Shown: piece by piece, positions 31,901 to 34,293 of the stretch
How the letters are laid out: each line of letters starts with the position of its first letter
How positions within the stretch are numbered: position 1 is the stretch's first letter
NCBI GenBank assembly: GCA_963765765.1
Contig: CAVXYC010000004.1
Location: 1 to 34,293 of the forward strand
Direction: 5' to 3'
Source of the DNA: an uncultured Chloroflexia bacterium
Lineage (GTDB): Bacteria > Chloroflexota > UBA6077 > JACCZL01
Length of the DNA stretch: 34,293 nt
Made by a program: the position numbers and the translations under genes
Notes under the pieces: model-generated
Seen by the model: only the letters and a program-made list of their open reading frames with translations
Databases searched by the model: none
What the model was told of the DNA's origin: nothing

Positions 31901-32952
31901 CTACAGCCCGAAGAATCTCCTGGGGTTCGCCTCCAGGATCTGCTCCTGATCAGCCTCCGACAAACCAGAGCGGCGTAGGTCCTCGATAGCCGACGGCCAG
32001 AGGCCGTTGGGGTCGCCGTGATAGAAGTCGCTGCCCAGCATGAATTGATGGTCGGGCACCAGCCGCACCATGTCGGCGAGGTACGGCTCTTTGGTGTGCA
32101 CCGTGATGTAGAAGCGGTCGATGTACTCGCTGGGCATCCGCTCGAGGTGCGTGATCAGTCGCGAGGCCTGGCCGCGCTCCAGATGGTCCTGGTAGTAAAT
32201 GTCCAGCCGGTTCATGAGGTACGGCACCCAGCCACGCCGGCCTCGAACATGCCGAATTTCAGCGTGGGAAAGCGATCCAGAGCGCCGCTGAAAATCAGGT
32301 GCGCCATGGTCAGCATGTAGGTGAACGAAAAGCCCAGCGCCGAGCCCAGGAAACCGTACTCGGCACCGAATCGATCGGCGCCAACCAGCGCGGTGTTCAG
32401 CGGCTGAGCATCGGAAGTACGCGCCGCTCCGTGCGCCAGCACGGGCACGTCTAGCTCGGCCACCTTCGCCCAGAACGGGTCCAGCTCACGGCTGCCCAGG
32501 TGGAGATCGCCGACCGCACCGGTGACTTTAACCGACCGCAAGCCGAGCGTATTGACGGCCCGCTCCAGCTCCTTGATCGCGCCGTCGATGTCGGCCAGAT
32601 AGACCCAGGCCACACCGATGTAGCGATCGTGCCCCTTGATCGCCGCGGCCGTGGCGTCGTTGTAGCCGCGCGCCAGTGAGTTGCCGATCTCCGGGTCGTC
32701 CTCGTAGATCAGGGGTCGGTTCTCCGGAATGAGCACCTGCCGATCGAATCCGTGGCGGTCCATCACCGCCGTGCGCTTGCTCAGGTCGTAGCCGTCCTCC
32801 GGGATGCTGATCAGCGGTGCGCCCTGCCGCAGCACGTTGATTCGTGTGCCGTCGCGCTGATATTGAATCCAGTCTCGCGCTGCCGGGCTGTCCACGTGGT
32901 CTAGCCACTCCAGCGGCAGATAATGCGTGTCGGCATCGATGTACAGGGTCAT
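31901..32952 (-). CDS. Amidohydrolase family protein (Amidohydro_2, ACMSD-like); frameshift near 32230
   Basis: IDADTHY, ELDPFWAKVAELDVPVLAH, LIFSGALDRFPTLKF..EAG, MLGSDFYH, ILEANPRRFFGL. Confidence 0.88.
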
Positions 32953-32971
32953 GTCTCATTCTCCCCTTTGT

Positions 32972-34216
32972 TCACTGGCTATCAGTCGTGACCAGTTTGT
33001 CTAGCTCTTCCACAATGCTCTTGGGCGTATTCATGTAATCGGCGATCAGAGTCTGCACCTGCTCTCCAGTGCGGGGGTTGATGCGCAGTCCGGAGCGGGT
33101 GGCATCGCTTATCAGCTCAGGATCGGACACCGTCGCCGTGAACGCGCCGCGCAACGTGGAGATCAAGTTCGCGGGCATTTCCGGCGGTGCGACGAATGCA
33201 TACGACCACTCGAAGGGGCGCTGAGCAAGGTTCAAGAGCTGGCGGGCCTCTGCGCTCTTGCCAACATACAGCTCGTCCGCCGTGGGCACACTCGCGAGCA
33301 GCGGATCCGGATCACGCGGCCCGATCTGTACCAGCGGGACAAGTGTCTTCGAGCGGATATCGTCGCCCTTCGTGGCGAGCCACGAGTCCCAGGCGTTGAC
33401 GAGTCCATCGATCTCGCCGCGTTCGATGCCTAAGACCACGCTGGCGCTGCCCTGGTAGCCAAAGAAAGTCTGATTCTTCCAACCGAGTCCATGGTTCAGC
33501 ACGGCCGCGCCAATGTGCGACGTCGTACCGGGGCTGTCCGTGCCGAGCCTGATTGGCGTGGTATCAAGCTGCTTCACGTCGGTAATGCCGGCTCGCGAAT
33601 GCGCTACCAGGACGCGTGTCGCCGCGTTTGGGCTGCCAACCCAGAACATCTTGTTGACGTCGTAGCGCACGCCTTCCTCGGCGCCTTCGCCACGAAGCTG
33701 ATTCGTGGGGATGGTATTGGCAAGGATACCGAGGGTCAGACCGTCTGGCTTTGCCTGTTGGACGGCGTTGGCGGCGATGCGATGCACGGCGCCCGGCATG
33801 TTTTGAACGATGATCGTTGGATTGCCAGGGATAAATCGACCGAGGTTGCGCTGAATCAAGCGCGCCCAGACATCGTGTCCGCCGCCAGCGGCATCGCCGG
33901 CGATGATGGTGATGGTCTTGCCGGCCCAGACAGTCGCCAGGCTGGCATCAATGGCGGCTGGTGGCTTCGCCGCCGCTGGCCCGGACGCCGCGGGTGACGC
34001 AGCGGGGCTGGCAGCGGGAGCTGCGCTTGGACTGGCGGCCGGGGATGCGGCGGGCGCTGCCGCGGGCGAAGCGGCCGGCTTCGGCGCATCGGTCTTTGAG
34101 CCCGACGCGGCCGTGGGGCTGGCAGGTGCGCTGGGCGCACACGCCACGCCGAAAAGTCCTGACAACAAACAGAGTCCGAGAACCGAAGCAGCTAATCGAT
34201 GCCGCCAGTAGTCCAC
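32972..34216 (-). CDS. Tripartite tricarboxylate transporter (TctC/Bug)-like substrate-binding lipoprotein
   Basis: AAGGAGG RBS; lipobox-like FGVAC; ASPAA repeats; GKTITII..AGGGHDVWAR, IPGNPTIIVQNMPGA, KPDGLT, GYQG..IERGEIDG. Confidence 0.9.
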   Translation of the reverse strand: MDYWRHRLAASVLGLCLLSGLFGVACAPSAPASPTAASGSKTDAPKPAASPAAAPAASPAASPSAAPAASPAASPAASGPAAAKPPAAIDASLATVWAGKTITIIAGDAAGGGHDVWARLIQRNLGRFIPGNPTIIVQNMPGAVHRIAANAVQQAKPDGLTLGILANTIPTNQLRGEGAEEGVRYDVNKMFWVGSPNAATRVLVAHSRAGITDVKQLDTTPIRLGTDSPGTTSHIGAAVLNHGLGWKNQTFFGYQGSASVVLGIERGEIDGLVNAWDSWLATKGDDIRSKTLVPLVQIGPRDPDPLLASVPTADELYVGKSAEARQLLNLAQRPFEWSYAFVAPPEMPANLISTLRGAFTATVSDPELISDATRSGLRINPRTGEQVQTLIADYMNTPKSIVEELDKLVTTDSQ

Positions 34217-34293
34217 GCTTCCTCCTTCACTGAGTCATGACCACGGTAGTACCGACTAGAGCCTATTCATCGTCATGACTCTTCATTCTCATT

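Noticed and set aside
34232-34281. GAGTCATGAC...GTCATGACTC inverted pair upstream of the TctC-like gene
   Set aside because: Only 10 bp and at the window edge, so operator versus repeat cannot be judged.

Overview
GC-rich bacterial window, most consistent with an uncultured monoderm Chloroflexota-type genome (lipoprotein solute-binding proteins with Pro/Ala-rich tethers, many paralogous Amidohydro_2 and Zn-ADH genes); the taxonomy is inference only. About 20 single-base frameshifts break otherwise intact genes, typical of an unpolished long-read assembly, so split or fused ORFs need caution. Content in order: DEAD-box helicase 3' end, membrane protein, telA plus XpaC-like partner, TIGR03086/MDMPI protein, receiver-TrxB-like-cNMP fusion, nitroreductase, amidohydrolase, glgC running in-frame into an alpha/beta hydrolase, two transglutaminase-like genes, a CMD/AhpD-like gene with an in-frame UGA in a CxxU motif plus a SECIS-like hairpin (candidate selenoprotein split by the ORF track), a liv-type ABC operon, a catabolic block (three more amidohydrolases, two Zn-ADHs, lactonase, CMD, orphan binding proteins, MarR) and an IS1182 relic. 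Many intergenic gaps hold long inverted repeats. Best leads: the selenoprotein, the degenerate-receiver/TrxB-like/cNMP fusion, and a signal-less NMT1/THI5-fold protein that may be an enzyme. No rRNA, tRNA or CRISPR array seen.
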